64,000 nucleotides of DNA. Source: the human T2T-CHM13v2.0 reference genome, Homo sapiens. Shown here in pieces: positions 42,137 to 59,079 of this stretch. The notes beneath the pieces were generated by a model. The model was given only the letters and a program-made list of their open reading frames with translations. It did no database searches and was not told the origin of the DNA. The position numbers were made by a program, and so were the translations under genes. Positions within the stretch are counted from its first letter, which is position 1, and every line of letters begins with the position of its first letter. The DNA lies in the NCBI RefSeq assembly GCF_009914755.1, contig NC_060936.1; one strand, written 5' to 3'.

Positions 42137-42599
42137 AACAAAGAGGAGAAATTCTTAGCCTGCAGCAGTTGGTAGCATTATGTAAAATCCCAAGCCCACA
42201 AAAATATCATTTGGATGATAAAAAGTTAAATTTAGCTAAGTACAGAGTGACTAATACTATGAGGGAGAGGCAGCACCCCCAGTTGCCTGGAGCTGATACA
42301 GCTGGCTTTTAGAAACTTTTGACAAGTAACCAGGGCCTTGTGCAGCACAGAATAACAGATTATGTAATAGGAGGCACCACCATCAGCAATACAAAACACA
42401 GCACAAGCGTGCAGCCTTCTCCAAGGGAGGGAACAGTTGGGTTCTGGTTTGAGTGGCTCCAGTAGGACCTTGCTTGGGCCATGGGAACCTGGATATTCCA
42501 GAGGCATCCAGGAGCACAGCCAGGCTTTGGAAGGGTTTATGTGAATGGGTCTGCAAAGATCTTTTCCCAGGGTGGTTGCCGGGGACTGTTACTTTGGTG

Positions 42600-43600
<1,001 letters not shown>

Positions 43601-44339
43601 ATGGTGGCCAAGCTCTCTAGCGGGTTTGCAGGAAGTTCTACTTCCATCATAAGACTCATGAAGACCTTTTGTATCCTCACATATGAGAGTTGCTGAGAGA
43701 CGTTAGTGCTTAAATGAGTCTTAGGAAGAGAGTAGTCTTCCACTCCCAATATCCCAATGGAGTGAATGCTGAAATGAAGCCGGTGCTGAGTTTCAAACAG
43801 CGGTCGTGAGGCTGGGGAATTTCTCCAGTGATCCTACGGAGTAAGCTGGCCATCAGATGATCAACTCAAGCTGTCACTTAATTACACGACTCTCTATCTG
43901 TGCAGAGCAGGGGTTTGCACACTGTGGACAGAGATATGGATGGGATTCCCTGAGTGCAGTGAAGTGATCATTGGCATGGGATTGAGACCAGAGTTCTGGC
44001 TGCTGACTCTGGGTAAGTCAGCTCGGCTCACTGGGCCTCTGTTTCCCCATCTGTAGAGTGAGGAGGCTGGGCTTCATGACCTCTGAAAGGGTTCTCAGTT
44101 CAGCTCCAACATTCTACAATCCTATGATTTGGACAGAAGGGAATACTGACCTGTAATCCAAAGCCCTGCATCAAGTCCAATGACTTGCATCTAGGTTTGC
44201 AAGGCAGACAGAAGTGCTCACTGGGCTCCTCAGACGTGTGCCCCTGGAGCCCTGCTCTGCTCTCTGTGCCCTTCATGGATTTGTTCATTCATTGTTCAAT
44301 ATCTCACTATGACAGACTCTGGCATGGTCCAATTTCCTC

Positions 44340-44700
44340 TCCCTAAATCATATGTTTAGCCCCCTGGACTCTAGGTGAGGCTACGGGACTAGTTATATGA
44401 GTAGGGGAGGTCCACCACTTCAAAGCCTGGCCCCCAGAATGCCCCATGCAATCTCCTATGCTCCCTCTTTCTCTGCTTACCAGCCAGCTGACTGCACAGA
44501 TTCACTGGAGAACTCCAGGGGAGCCCCAAGGGATGGGAGAGCCACAGTGTGAAAGGATCCTGGGTCCCCAATTCACCACATGGAGGCCACTCACAGAGCA
44601 TGCAATTCAACTAAGACAAGAGTGGGGATAAGCCTTTATTGTGATAAGCCACTGAGACTAGAGAATTGTCTAGCAGTTAGCATTACTTAACTAATACATT
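44340..44700. mobile_element. MLT1 LTR fragment
   Basis: caccacttcaaagcctggccc...agcctttattgtgataagccactgaga...actaataca. Confidence 0.65.
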
Positions 44701-45896
44701 CACCAAATTGATACTAATTGTCAGATATGTAGGAGATACACAGGAGAATTAGGCTGAGGTCTAATCTTAGCCTTCTTAGAACTACCAGTCTAGGTGACAG
44801 TTCAGGGAGATTGGATACAGACCAGTTCTGTACTCTGCGATCATGATGGGAACCTGCTCAAGCTCTATCCATACTGCCTGCTTCCAAAAACCTTACAACA
44901 TAGGCTCACCACATTTTCCCACCAAACATGAGATGAGCAAAGAAAGAAAGCAACCAAACAGGAGGGAGAAAATCTCTATCAAGGCTCTAAATTGAGAACA
45001 ATCTAAAAGCAAATGAGTAAAATCTTAGCTGTGTGCTTCCTGGTAGGCAAAGCAAAGAGGGAAATATGCTGGGTCACAAAGCTCTTCCCAATAGTGGAAA
45101 ACATTAGTTCATGATGAGAAACAGACATTGTGCTTGGGAAGAGTTCTGAGGGGAATGTCCACGGGGCCAGTGTGTGAGGGAATTTGTGCCTGGGAGGAGG
45201 AAGCAAGAGGAAACCAAGCTAGCCTGGAAAGCTGTCAGCCTCCAGGGTGTACGGACAGCTTTGCAGCCCCGCCTGCGGCCTGACTGGCTCTTAACGGAGA
45301 GCTCCTCAGAGTAATTCTTCATCCTCGTTAATGTCAACACGGCAGCACCATGATAATGATGGAAAATATTTACATACCATACCACTGATGGGTTGTTTAG
45401 ACCATCTGGCTACTGGACATGGTAAGTATTGTCGAACACATGGCCCTTCCGCAAATACTGTGCCTTAGTGCTGATGGAGGCCAGGCTGCAGGGACGTGAA
45501 ACAGTGTCACTCGGCTGTGTCCGTGTGGCCTGTGTCCACTGTCAGCTTTAGTCACCTGCAGGTCAGGGGCAGAGATCTCCAGCTCCCACTCCCAGATGTA
45601 TCTGGGCTCAGCGTTGATGACAATAGCCTAACTATTCCCTTTACCAAGGGCCTCTTCAGGACTCAAGTGATCCAACAAGACTTAACGCAGCAAGACAGCT
45701 CTGATTCTGTGGCCACCTGGGGGATTTCTCCAATGATCTCCTGGGACTGCTGAGAATGCTCAGAGGAAAATTCAGCACAGTTCATTTGTGTTTGAAGCAG
45801 CTTCTGCCTAAGCTTTGTCATGCTCGGGAGGTAGGGACAAGGATTAGGTAGCACAACTAAAGGCTGTGCTCTATCTAGAAGCATAGAGGATGGTGA

Positions 45897-46197
<301 letters not shown>

Positions 46198-47767
46198 TGA
46201 GGATGTGATCTTAATCACACCTAAATGAAAATTTCTTCGTTCCATCCATGTGGCTCCATGAGTACTAATATCAGGCTGAATACAGAGGCTTTTTTTCTGG
46301 GTCAATGCTAAATATTTCTTCTTTTTCTTTTCTTTCTTTTTTTTTTTTTGAGTTTGGGGTGTTGAGTGGCTTGTTTTATTATTATTTTCTTAATTTTAGT
46401 AAGCAAGAAAAAGTTCTGTTGGGAGCCCGTTCAAAAGTAGCAATTTTCTTAATGGGAAGCATACGCTTGCCACCCACGTGAGGAGGCTGTGTCAGCTCAG
46501 CAACCATACTGCCCTGTGAGTATGGTGAAGTCGTGTTACCTACTTGACAACCAGTGAGTCAAAGGGAAACTCATCACAGGTGCCTGTATGGCCTGCCGGG
46601 GTTTTGCTGCATAGCCGACAAGGGCTTTCTGAGGGCACACCTGCAGCAAAGGCCTGGCTTTGGTTTTGTCAAATATGAACCCGCAGATTTAAGGTCACCT
46701 TATAACTAACACCCTCTAAGATTTAAAATGCCCCAACCAGAGCATTCAGGACCTGAGTTCACGGACTGGGTTCAAGAGCCAGTTTTGACTCCAACTGGCT
46801 GTGAGCTTCGACGGCCCCTCACCTCCTGGAATCTGTGTTTTGGCTGTGAAAGGAGGGGTAAGACAACAGGTGTCTAAGCAGCATTCTGGTCTAATAGTCA
46901 CAGGTTGGCTGGGAGGCACTGGCCCAGGGCAGCAGCCTCCTTGTCAAGAGTGCCATAGGAGTTCCTTGGTCTTCTATAGGACTAGTGCCTTTCTCTCTGC
47001 AAGTAGAGTGATGACCACAGACCTCTCATATGGAGAGTGGATCATGGAAGAGTCAGAGCCCTCAGCCAGATGTGGCATAAAGCTAATTCACTGTCAGTCA
47101 CACCCTGGCCAGTGAGAGTGAGCTCACATCCACATCCTCTAAAGGCACTGAGATGTAGTGGCACATGTTTCCTGAGAGTAATTACAGTCTGGGATGATGA
47201 CCTTTGCTGGTACAACACCTAGCACCTTAGGGCAGGATGGCTGTGCAGAGGCCACACAATACCTCTGCAAAGCTCCTCCCTGCTGGTCAGACACCACAGC
47301 CCCAGCAGGGACAACCTCTCTGAGCACCTACTCTGAGCCACCATGTCATTCTAAACAAACATCTGCTCTGCTCACCTGCTCTTTTTGCAAAAGTTATCTG
47401 AGCCCCTGGGGAAAATGGAAAAGCATAACGAAGACCACACCCAGATCACTGGGTGCTTCACTTGAACCAGCCTCCAAAACATCCGGCAGCAGGCCAGAGA
47501 CACACTTCTTGTTTAAACACAGAGAAATGAGACAGCCCCAGGTCTCCCAAGTTAGAGAATAGAATCTTCTCAGAACACACAGCTGCTGCAGGCCCAGCCC
47601 AGGCTCCTTCTCTGGGGAGCTGACTCTGGCTCCAGCCCTCAGAGGCCTCTCTGCTGACTCCCAAACCCCAGTGAGCAGGTCAGCGCCAGGCCTGGCCAAG
47701 CTCTCACCGGTTCAAGGAGAAATGAGAACATGGCTAATGGGCCAAGCTGTTCAAAGAGCTCCAGTTT

Positions 47768-47925
47768 GGTGGGGTATGGTGGCACACACCTGCGATCCCA
47801 ACACTTTACGAGGCCGAGATAGAAGGATCTCTTGAACTCAGGAGTTTGAGGCTGCAGTAGGACATGATCATGCCCTCCAGCCTGGGCAACAGAACAAGAC
47901 CGTGTGTCAAAACAAACAAACAAAA
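47768..47925 (+). mobile_element. Alu-derived monomer
   Basis: cacacctgcgatcccaacac...gcctgggcaacagaacaagacc; TSD agctcca. Confidence 0.75.
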
Positions 47926-48024
47926 ATCAAAAAGCTCCACTTAGTTTCTTTATTCTTAGATCTTTCCTACTTCTTAGTGTTCCTTTTGTTCATGAGATGA
48001 TAGCTACAGTGAATTATACCTTTT

Positions 48025-48695
48025 TTTGTGTTTGTGGTTAAATACGCATAACATAACAATTACCATAATAACTTTTTTATTTTTATTTTATTTTATTTGT
48101 TTTTTGAGACAGGGTCTCACTCTGTCATCCAGGCTGGAGTGCAGGGGCATGATTACAGCTCATTGCAACCTTGAATTCCTGGCTCAAACAAACCTCCTGC
48201 CTCAGCCTCCTGAGTAGGTGGGACTACAGGCACGCACCACTACATCTGACTTTAACATAATTTTTTTTTAGTAGAGGAAAGGTCTATGTTGTCCAGGGTG
48301 GTCTCTAACTCCTGGCCTCAAGCAATCCTCCCGCCTCTGCCTCTTGAGTCCCTGAGATTACAGGCTTGGACTACCATGCCCAGCCCATGTCAACCTTTTG
48401 TTTGTTTGTTTTTGAAACAGGGTTTCGCTCTGTCACCCAGGCTGGAGTACAGTGGCATGATCTTGGCTCACTGCAACGTCTGCCTCCCAGGCTCAAGTGA
48501 TCCTCCCACCTCAGCCTCACAAGTATTATAGTTGGGACTACAGGCACACACCGCCATGCCCATCTAACACGTCAACCATTTTTAAGTGCACAATCATCAC
48601 TGCCATCTACCTCCAGAACTTCTTCATCTTCCCAAACTGAACTCTGTACCTATCAAATACTAACTCTCCATTCCTCCTGCCCCCAGCTCCCTGGG
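48025..48695 (-). mobile_element. L1MB fragment carrying AluJ (48073-48385) and an Alu right arm (48396-48563)
   Basis: L1 motifs ccatttttaagtg / ctccagaacttcttcatcttcccaaactgaac flank two minus-strand Alus. Confidence 0.8.
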
Positions 48696-48721
48696 GAATC
48701 TCTTTAGAAATGATGTCAATT

Positions 48722-49036
<315 letters not shown>

Positions 49037-49454
49037 TTACAGATCTGGGAAATCCAAGTCGCAAGCCTGTTGATAGGCCTCCTGGTCACATCTGAGCTCC
49101 CCCAAAAACATAACCTCCCTGAAGGTTAGCTTCTGGTGTTTCTCAGATACTCGGTGGTAAACAAGCTGACAGAGAAGGGGCAAGGTAGCTGCTGCCCCCA
49201 CCCTTTACCAGGAACATATCTTCCAGACCACAACCTGACTACAGGAATCCAAAAACCCAAGAGCCCCTCAGTCGTGTGCAAGCTGGCAGCTAATGGGAAT
49301 GAACAGTCTTAACTGGCTATGCCAGGAACTACCCTACAGCCTGCCCTTTGCGGTAGAAAAGGCTCTCACACAGAAGGAGTTTTCTCCAGATTTTTATTTT
49401 ACTTAAAAGCTCTTCCTTGCCTGGGGTTTTGAGGTTGAAAACCACTGCCTCGCA

Positions 49455-49865
49455 CTCACACATTGTAAGTGGGAGTGTAAATTGGTACTACCTTTATGGA
49501 GAGCAATTTAGCAATTGCTAACAAAAATAAAAGAAAAACACTCCTTGACCCAGCAATTCTACTTCTGGAAATTTATTCTACAGACATGAGAGTATATTTG
49601 CATGAAAACCTACTTATTGAGATGCCTGCTACAGCACTGTTTGCTTCCCATCTTCTGCTCTTACAATCTAAAACCCCATCAACAGGGACCTGGTTTAACA
49701 CATGATGGTCCACCCATGAGCAGAATACTAAGCCCACCATTACAAGAACTGAACAACTCTACATGAGCCAACAGAGAACCATCTGCAGGATTTATGTATT
49801 GTGAAGTCAAAAAAGCAGATGCACAACAATAGGCAGCCATTTGTGTTTAGCTTTGTTTTTAAGTA
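49455..49865 (+). mobile_element. Old L1M (L1MC/ME-like) fragment
   Basis: gtgggagtgtaaattggtac...gacccagcaattctacttctgg; appears to resume after 50990. Confidence 0.75.
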
Positions 49866-49870
49866 ATATA

Positions 49871-50983
<1,113 letters not shown>

Positions 50984-51113
50984 TTAAAAAGTAATATACA
51001 TTAATATATACAGAGAATCTCTCTGAAAGAGGACACACACACAAAACTAGCAACCATCACTGTCTCTGGGAAGGAAAACTAAGATATTGAAGACAGGGGT
51101 GGCAAGAAGTCTT

Positions 51114-51272
51114 TTTTATTATTATTATTATACTTTAAGTTCTAGGGTATATGCACAACGTGCAGGTTTGTTACATATGTATACATGTGCCATGTTGGTG
51201 TGCTACACCCATTAACTCGTCATTTACATTAGGTATATCTCCTAATGCTATCCCTCCCCCATCCCCCAACCC
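51114..51272 (-). mobile_element. Severely 5'-truncated L1PA insertion
   Basis: L1PA 3' end tatactttaagttctagggta...cctaatgctatccctccc; perfect TSD ggcaagaagtctt (51101-51113 / 51273-51285). Confidence 0.95.
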
Positions 51273-51499
51273 GGCAAGAAGTCTTATGTTTGCCTGTAGC
51301 TGCTTTTCACTTCGGTACCAAGTATAATGCATTACTTACTTACCCAAATAATATTTAAAATATATATGATCTTTATATTTTATTACTGAACTGTAATCTA
51401 TGAGTTTGTAAGTTCCATAAGGAATGTATCTAATTTATCTTTAGAATCTTGCTAATGTCTGGTGCACTATCATGCATAGCCTTTTCAATGTTTCGTTAA

Positions 51500-51763
<264 letters not shown>

Positions 51764-52103
51764 TGTTAAATGTTTTTTAGTAAGTGAAAGAATGAATGAG
51801 TAAATGATTCTAAAGCACTCAAAAAACAATGTTCTTTGAATCCTAGAAAATTGTGAGTCTTGAATTGTTAGAGAAGGAAGAAGTTAGGTAGAAGCAAAAA
51901 CAAATAAATAATTGATATCTGGATACAAAAAGCAGACTCAGTCATATCAAAGGATGATGCACACCACTGATGGTTCATTTAAGTTGATGCTACAGATTTA
52001 ACAAGAGTTTTTAAAATTTCAATTCTAATTATTTTATGTTTTAAAATGCCAATATTTAATATTTCTTTTGGAATAGCAGAACGCAAAGAAAATGCATGGT
52101 ACA

Positions 52104-52399
52104 GGCCAGGCGCTGTGGCTCACGCCTGTAATCCCAGCACTTTGGGAGGCCGAGGGGGGCGGATCACGAGGTCAGGAGTTTGAGACCAGCCTGACCAACA
52201 AGGTGAAACCCCGTCTCTATTAAAAATACAAAAATTAGCTGGGCGTGGTGGCAGGCACCTGTAATCCCAGCTCTCAGGAGGCTGAGGCAGGAGAATCGCT
52301 TGAACCCCAGAGGCCGAGGTTGCAGTGAGCCGAGATTACTCCACTGTACTCCAGCCTGGGCGACAGAGCGAGACTCTGTCTCAAAAAAAAAAAAAAAAA
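52104..52399 (+). mobile_element. AluS (Sg/Sc-like)
   Basis: Full Alu, A tail 52383-52399. Confidence 0.95.
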
Positions 52400-52405
52400 T
52401 TAGGG

Positions 52406-52711
52406 TTTTTTTTTTTTTTTTTTTTTTTTTGAGATGGAGTCTCGCACTGTCACCCAGGCTGGAGCGCAGTGGCGTGATCTCGGCTCACTGCAAGCTCCGC
52501 CTCTCAGGTTCACGCCATTCTCCTGTCTCAGCCTCCGGAGTAGCTGGGACTACAGGCACCCGCCACCACGCCCAGCTAATTTTTTGTATTTTTAGTAGAG
52601 ACAGGGTTTCACTGTGTTAGCCAGGATGGTCTCAATCTTCTGACCTTGTGATCCGCCTGCCTCGGCCTCCCAAAGTGCTGGGATTACAGGCTTGAGCCAC
52701 CATGCCCAGCC
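52406..52711 (-). mobile_element. AluY
   Basis: T25 run then gcaagctccgcc / ttagccaggatggtc diagnostics. Confidence 0.95.
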
Positions 52712-54068
52712 TAGGCTCTACCTTTTAATCCTGTGACCCTCATATCCCTAAAGAATCAGAAAGAAGATCTAAAAACCAAGCAGACCCTTCAGTGAGTTGA
52801 ATATAACTGCTAAGGGTTCTGCAGGGATTGATGCATATCCTTGGGTAAGCTTGGGAATTCTTGCCCTATTAACCTCTCACTCTTGCCCTACTATTCTCCA
52901 CAATCCAGTCTGGCAAGCAAGCTGACTACAACTCCCACCATTTAGAAGAGGGCCAACTTGCAGATCAGACCACCAAGCTTCAGGCGAAAAGCTGTCACAA
53001 AGCTGGAGGGCTTTAGTCCTAGGAGAACTGCACACTGACCCCTCTGGTGGTCATGCAAACCACTATGGTTAAAATAAGGCAGAAAATTAAAAGTAGCAAA
53101 ACCACACTGAGTGAGTAAAGAAAAAGAACTAGGGAGGAGGGAGGATGACTTAGGAAGTATGGCCAGCATGATGGGTTCAGCCTGTGGGACAGCTGGCAGA
53201 CACACATCCATCCACCCCTTCCGTGGCCTCCGAGAACAGCCTGATTCATGACATTGGAACTTCAGCTTCATCATGGTAGCCCCAGTCAGCTGAATGACTC
53301 AGCAATCCCTCAAAGACTGAATTATCTCTAGGGTTCTCTGTTGATTGAAAGAGAGGCAAGAATTGCCTTTGAGAAAGATCAGGATAATGACTGGGAAAAT
53401 GTGATGAAGCTTGCATGAATGACAGCAGTGATGAAGCAGTGTCTGTTCTCTGGTTTCCAGCAGGAGCAAAAGATTTACTTCCAACAACCAGGCTCTGTTC
53501 ACTGGGGTCTCGTCCAAACACTGCCCTCAGCATGGTGGTCTAGGGGATGCCAGGGCAAGGGACCACAAAGCTACAGGGAATTTCTGAGAGCCCTGCCCTT
53601 GGAGAATGCACGAATGGTTCATCCCTCCTCAAGTCACATCCATCATCCAGGATGAGTTGAGCTTGAAATAATGGACTTCCAGGCTCTGTGACAACGACTT
53701 AATGGTGCACAAATGTGTTCAAAACATTCTGGAAGAGTCCTCAGAATAACCCCACTGAGAGATGCTGAACACCCTGCATCACGCCACTTACACCGCTGCC
53801 CTCCATTTCCTGGGAGTCCAGGTCGCAGGGGACCCAGGAGGTGCTGGCAGCTGCCTGAACTGTCCGGGTGTTACTCTTGTTTCTAACCAGAAAATAAGGT
53901 CACTGGCGTGTTGATGCCCAAGCAAACAGGTGTTAGAGGTGCTCCTACCCATCAAATTCAACAATGGTTTCCACTGACGCATAGAAAAACAATGGTGTTT
54001 GCCTACTTATTTTGCAACAGGCTGCCATACTGTCTTATTCTAATTAATTTTGAGTTTGTCTACTTTGA

Positions 54069-54451
<383 letters not shown>

Positions 54452-54693
54452 TGCCTCTTTTTCCTAGCCTGTTGCATTGGCTTGAATCTAGAATAAAGAA
54501 CAGTACTAAAGAGAGAGAAGGCATGCTTGTCTTGCAACAGACATTAAAAGGAATGTGTCTTAGAGCAACAGTGCTTCCTAGATGTTATTTGGCCCTGGAA
54601 TGCTTTTTTGATGCAATACCCAGGAGCATTCTGTGTTCCTCAAACATACTTTGGAAAATGCTACTAGAGCATTTGACTATTAAGGATAAAGTA

Positions 54694-54806
54694 TCTGAGT
54701 GCGGTTGCTCATGCCTATAATCCTACCACTTTGGGAGGCCGAGGGGGATCACTTAAGCTCAGGCATTCAAGACCAGCCTAGTAAACATGGCGAAACCCCA
54801 TCTCTA

Positions 54807-54854
<48 letters not shown>

Positions 54855-55316
54855 CGGGCTCACACCTGTAGTCCCAGCTACTTAGGAGGCTGAGGTGGGA
54901 GAATCACTTGAGCACAGGAGGTGGAGGTTGCAGTGAGCTAAATCACGCCACTGCACTCCAGCCTGGGTGACAGAGCAAGACCCCGTCTCAAGTTAAAAAA
55001 AAAAAAAAAAAAAGGTGGGGGGGCAGGCGCAGTGGCTCATGCCTGTAATCTCAGCACTTTGGGAGGCTGAGGGGGGCAAATCACAAGGTCAGAAGATCGA
55101 GACCATCTTGGCTAACATGTTGAAACCCCGCCTCTACTAAAAATACAAAAAATTAGCTGGCCATAGTGGCACACGTCTGTAATCCCAGCTACTCGGGAGA
55201 CTGAGGCAGGAGAATCATTTGAACCCAGAGACAGAGGTTGCAGTGAGCAAAGATCGCGCCACTGCACTCCAGCCTGGGCAATACAGTGAGACTCGATATC
55301 AAAAAAAAAAAAAAAA
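54694..55316 (+). mobile_element. Two tandem Alus (54694-55013 with a 46-nt internal A run; 55021-55316)
   Basis: Shared outer TSD gataaagta. Confidence 0.9.
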
Positions 55317-55401
55317 GATAAAGTAGCTACCGATGGGAGATATTCTTTATCATGTTGAAATATTTGCCTATCCCTCAGTCTCTACGTTTTTAAGATTAAT
55401 G

Positions 55402-55823
55402 AGGCTGGGGCCAGTGGGCTCACGCCTGTAATCTCAGCACTTGGGAGGCCAAGAGGGCGTATCACCTGAGGTCAGGAGTTCAAGATTAGTCTGGCCAACA
55501 TGGCGAAATCCCGTCTTTACTAAAAATACAAAAATTAGCCAGGTGTGGTGGTGGGCACCTGTAATTACAGCTACTCAGGAGGCTGAGGCAGAAGAATTGC
55601 TTGAACCCGGGAGGCAGAGATTGCAGTGAACCAAGATCACTGCCATTGCACTCCAGCCTGGGCAACAAAAGCGAAACTCAATCTCAAAAAAAGGAGTAAT
55701 GAGGCTAGGCATGGTGGCGCACACTTGTAGTCCCAACTACTCGGCAGGCTGAGGCAGGGGAATCCCTTAAGCCCAGGAGTTCAAGGCCAGCCTGGGCAAC
55801 ATGGGAGTCCTGTCTCTAAAAAA
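55402..55823 (+). mobile_element. AluS (55402-55692) followed by a FLAM/FAM monomer (55702-55823)
   Basis: TSD ga(t/g)taatga; monomer ends gtctctaaaaaaa. Confidence 0.85.
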
Positions 55824-55835
55824 ATTAAATGGATA

Positions 55836-56131
55836 GGCCGGGCGTGGTGGCTCACGCCTGTAATCCCAGCACTTTGGGAGGCCGAGGCGGGCGGATCACG
55901 AGGTCAGGAGATCGAGACCATCCTGGCTAACACGGTGAAACCCCATCTCTACTAAAAATACAAAAAAAATTAGCTGGGCATGGTGGCGGGTGCCTGTAGT
56001 CTCAGCTACTCAGGAGGCTGAGGCAGAAGAATGGCGTGAACCCGGGAGGCGGAGCTTGCAGTGAGCCGAGATTGCGCCACTGCACTCCAGCCTGGGCAAC
56101 AGAGAGACTCCGTCTCAAGAAAAAAAAAAAA
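55836..56131 (+). mobile_element. AluY
   Basis: CpG-rich, gaatggcgtgaacccgggaggcggagcttgc; TSD aaaaaattaaatggata. Confidence 0.97.
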
Positions 56132-56458
56132 TTAAATGGATAGTGAACTTTATCAAATGCTTTTCTGGCATCAACTGAAAGCACAGTAGTTGTTTTATTT
56201 GTATATTTTTCTCTTTTTTCTTTTAGTAGATCTCCTAATATTTATGTTTCTGAGGCTGGCCCACAACCCAGCATAATGAGTCCTGTGCTGGGTACTTGTA
56301 CTGGGGGAACACAGAGACACAGAAAAATGCATAGAGTTCTTGCCTACAGAGGAAACAGAGGGGAGAGGAACACGGGGAAAACAACACACACACATGAACA
56401 TGCACACTCCTGCATACCATCTGAATGGCAGGCTAGTACTTGTGAATTTTGTTTTGCG

Positions 56459-56667
<209 letters not shown>

Positions 56668-57053
56668 AGTAGTACTTGTGAATTAATGTGTCACACACAG
56701 GGCACAGTGAGGACCCCAGGGAACCACATATGAATCATGCTAATCCCAGAGGGCTTCCAGGAGATGGCACAGAGCATTTGGGGACAGGCTGGAAATGAGG
56801 GCCTATGGATTTCAGTCCTGCCTTGTGTGGGACGGAAGGGCACACTTTCCTGGCCCACAATTATCTCAGCAGTAAAACAGTAGAGATAATTATAGATGCA
56901 AAAGACCTTTGGAAACACCCAGCTCTGCCTCCTTCATTTGCAAACAGAAGCTAAGGTTGGGGGCAGGGTCATTTGCCCAAGGCCACCGAGCCATCCTTGT
57001 GTCCTTCTTGGCTCCAAGGGGAAGGGGAAGAGAAACAAAAGAAAGCTTTGATT

Positions 57054-57403
<350 letters not shown>

Positions 57404-57639
57404 CTACCTGAAAAACTGGCTGAGTCAGGAGGTGGCCAGGGTGCTAAGCTTAGGGTGTAGAGGCCAGAAATAGGAGAGGCTTGGACAGGAAAAGGGGATG
57501 ATCCTGGTGCTGTCCCCCACCCCACCCTCACATGCCTAGGGCACCAGAGACATCCCCACCTTCTATTCTACATCAATACACCTGAGCAGACATGTGAGGA
57601 TGGCTTTCACATTCATTCATTCATTCAACAAATATGGAG

Positions 57640-58092
57640 ATTATATGGGTTGAAGAATGTCCTCCCAAAACTCATATCCTTGTCAGAAACTCAGAATGTG
57701 ACTTTACTTGGAAATAGGGTCACTGCAGATGTCATTAGTTAAGGTGAGGTTGCACTGGAGTAGAGTGAGCCCTAAATCCAATGACTGGTGTCCTTATAAG
57801 AGAAAAGTCACAGAGGCAGATAGACACAGAGGGAGACAACCATGTGACAACTTAGGCAGAGGTTGGAATTATGTGTCTTCAAGTCAAGGAATGCCAAGAA
57901 TGGCCTGCAACCACCAGCAGCTAGGAGGGAGGCCGGGAACAGATACTCGTTGCGGTCTCTAGAAGCAACCAAACTGCCGAAACCCAAAATTTGGATGTGT
58001 GGCTTCCAGTACTGTTAGAGAATACATTTTCATTGTTTTAAGCCATCCAGTTGTGGTGGGTTGTTATGGCAGCCCTAGGGAATTAACACAGA
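57640..58092 (+). mobile_element. MLT1 (B/C-like) solo LTR
   Basis: tatgggttgaagaatgtcctccc...ggaaatagggtcactgcagatg...ttgttatggcagccctagggaattaacaca. Confidence 0.85.
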
Positions 58093-59079
58093 GATATGGT
58101 AGTGCACAAGCCCCTGCATGCTTGCCCTAGGAGCAGAGGCTCCAGGAGGCAGAGGGAGAGTCTGGTTCCATCTGGAATCCCTCCAGGACATCACCCTTAC
58201 TCTTGCCCCAGTCACAGAACCTCACCCTGCCAGCCAGCCACACCTTCCACTGCCCTTCCAGAGCAGCTCCTAGCCTGTGTCTGTGCTAGGTCCTGATGGA
58301 AGAAGCAGCCCCCAGCCAACTGTGACTGCTTACTGGAAGGGATCATCACATGTGCCAGACACAAGGATGAATCCAAGTGCCTGTCAAGCTCTGGGAGGTG
58401 CCAGGAACTGTGCTAGGCCCTTTCACATACATTCTCCTTTAAACCTCAGGACCAACCAGAGGCAGGAAGGAAAGAGAAGCTCTGAGAAAGCATGTGACCT
58501 GCTCAGGATCCCACAACATGTCCGTGGCAGAACCCTGCTCCACATTCAGGCTGTCTGCATGAGGCCTGTTGGGTTCTCAGCACACCCAGTGCCCGATTCC
58601 CCCAGGACTGAAGCACCTGCCTCTCGACAGAACTGTCTCCCACTCGCTCTGCAGCTGTGGATGCCAGGGACCGCAGGCAGTTGGCATCTGCTCTTTGAAA
58701 AGGTATTTATCTTTCCACTCACTGAGAGCAAGCGAGAGCCATATAAGGACATGCCCAACGTCAGGTGCACAAGCGTTGCAGAGACAGATGTCATTCATAC
58801 GCAGTGACCAGACATGGCCGTTAACTGCCAGGAACACCCACCTCCACTCCCCCAAGAGCATGGCGGGTACACTGCTGAGCAAGGAGCTCTCAGCTGGGCC
58901 ACAGGTGTGGGGTCGCCTCTCCCAGTGTCTGGGAAAGCCAGGGCTCCATAAACACAGGGCCAGGTGTGGTCCAGCCCCGAGAGCCACTGGAGGTTCTCAG
59001 CAGTATTCATGAACAGCCCTACAAGCCTGAAATTTTTGTTTGTTGTCATTCTTTTGTTCTTTTCTTTCCCTTTTTTTTT

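Noticed and set aside
45345-45392. Possible C/D box snoRNA (ATGATAA...CTGA)
   Set aside because: C box imperfect, span too short, and antisense to the inferred host gene.
46503-46526. 8-bp hairpin accatact/agtatggt
   Set aside because: Too short to exceed chance.
56002-56184. RT-like peptide [10 protein letters not shown] as an active reverse transcriptase
   Set aside because: A tiny decayed L1 ORF2 remnant interrupted by Alus.
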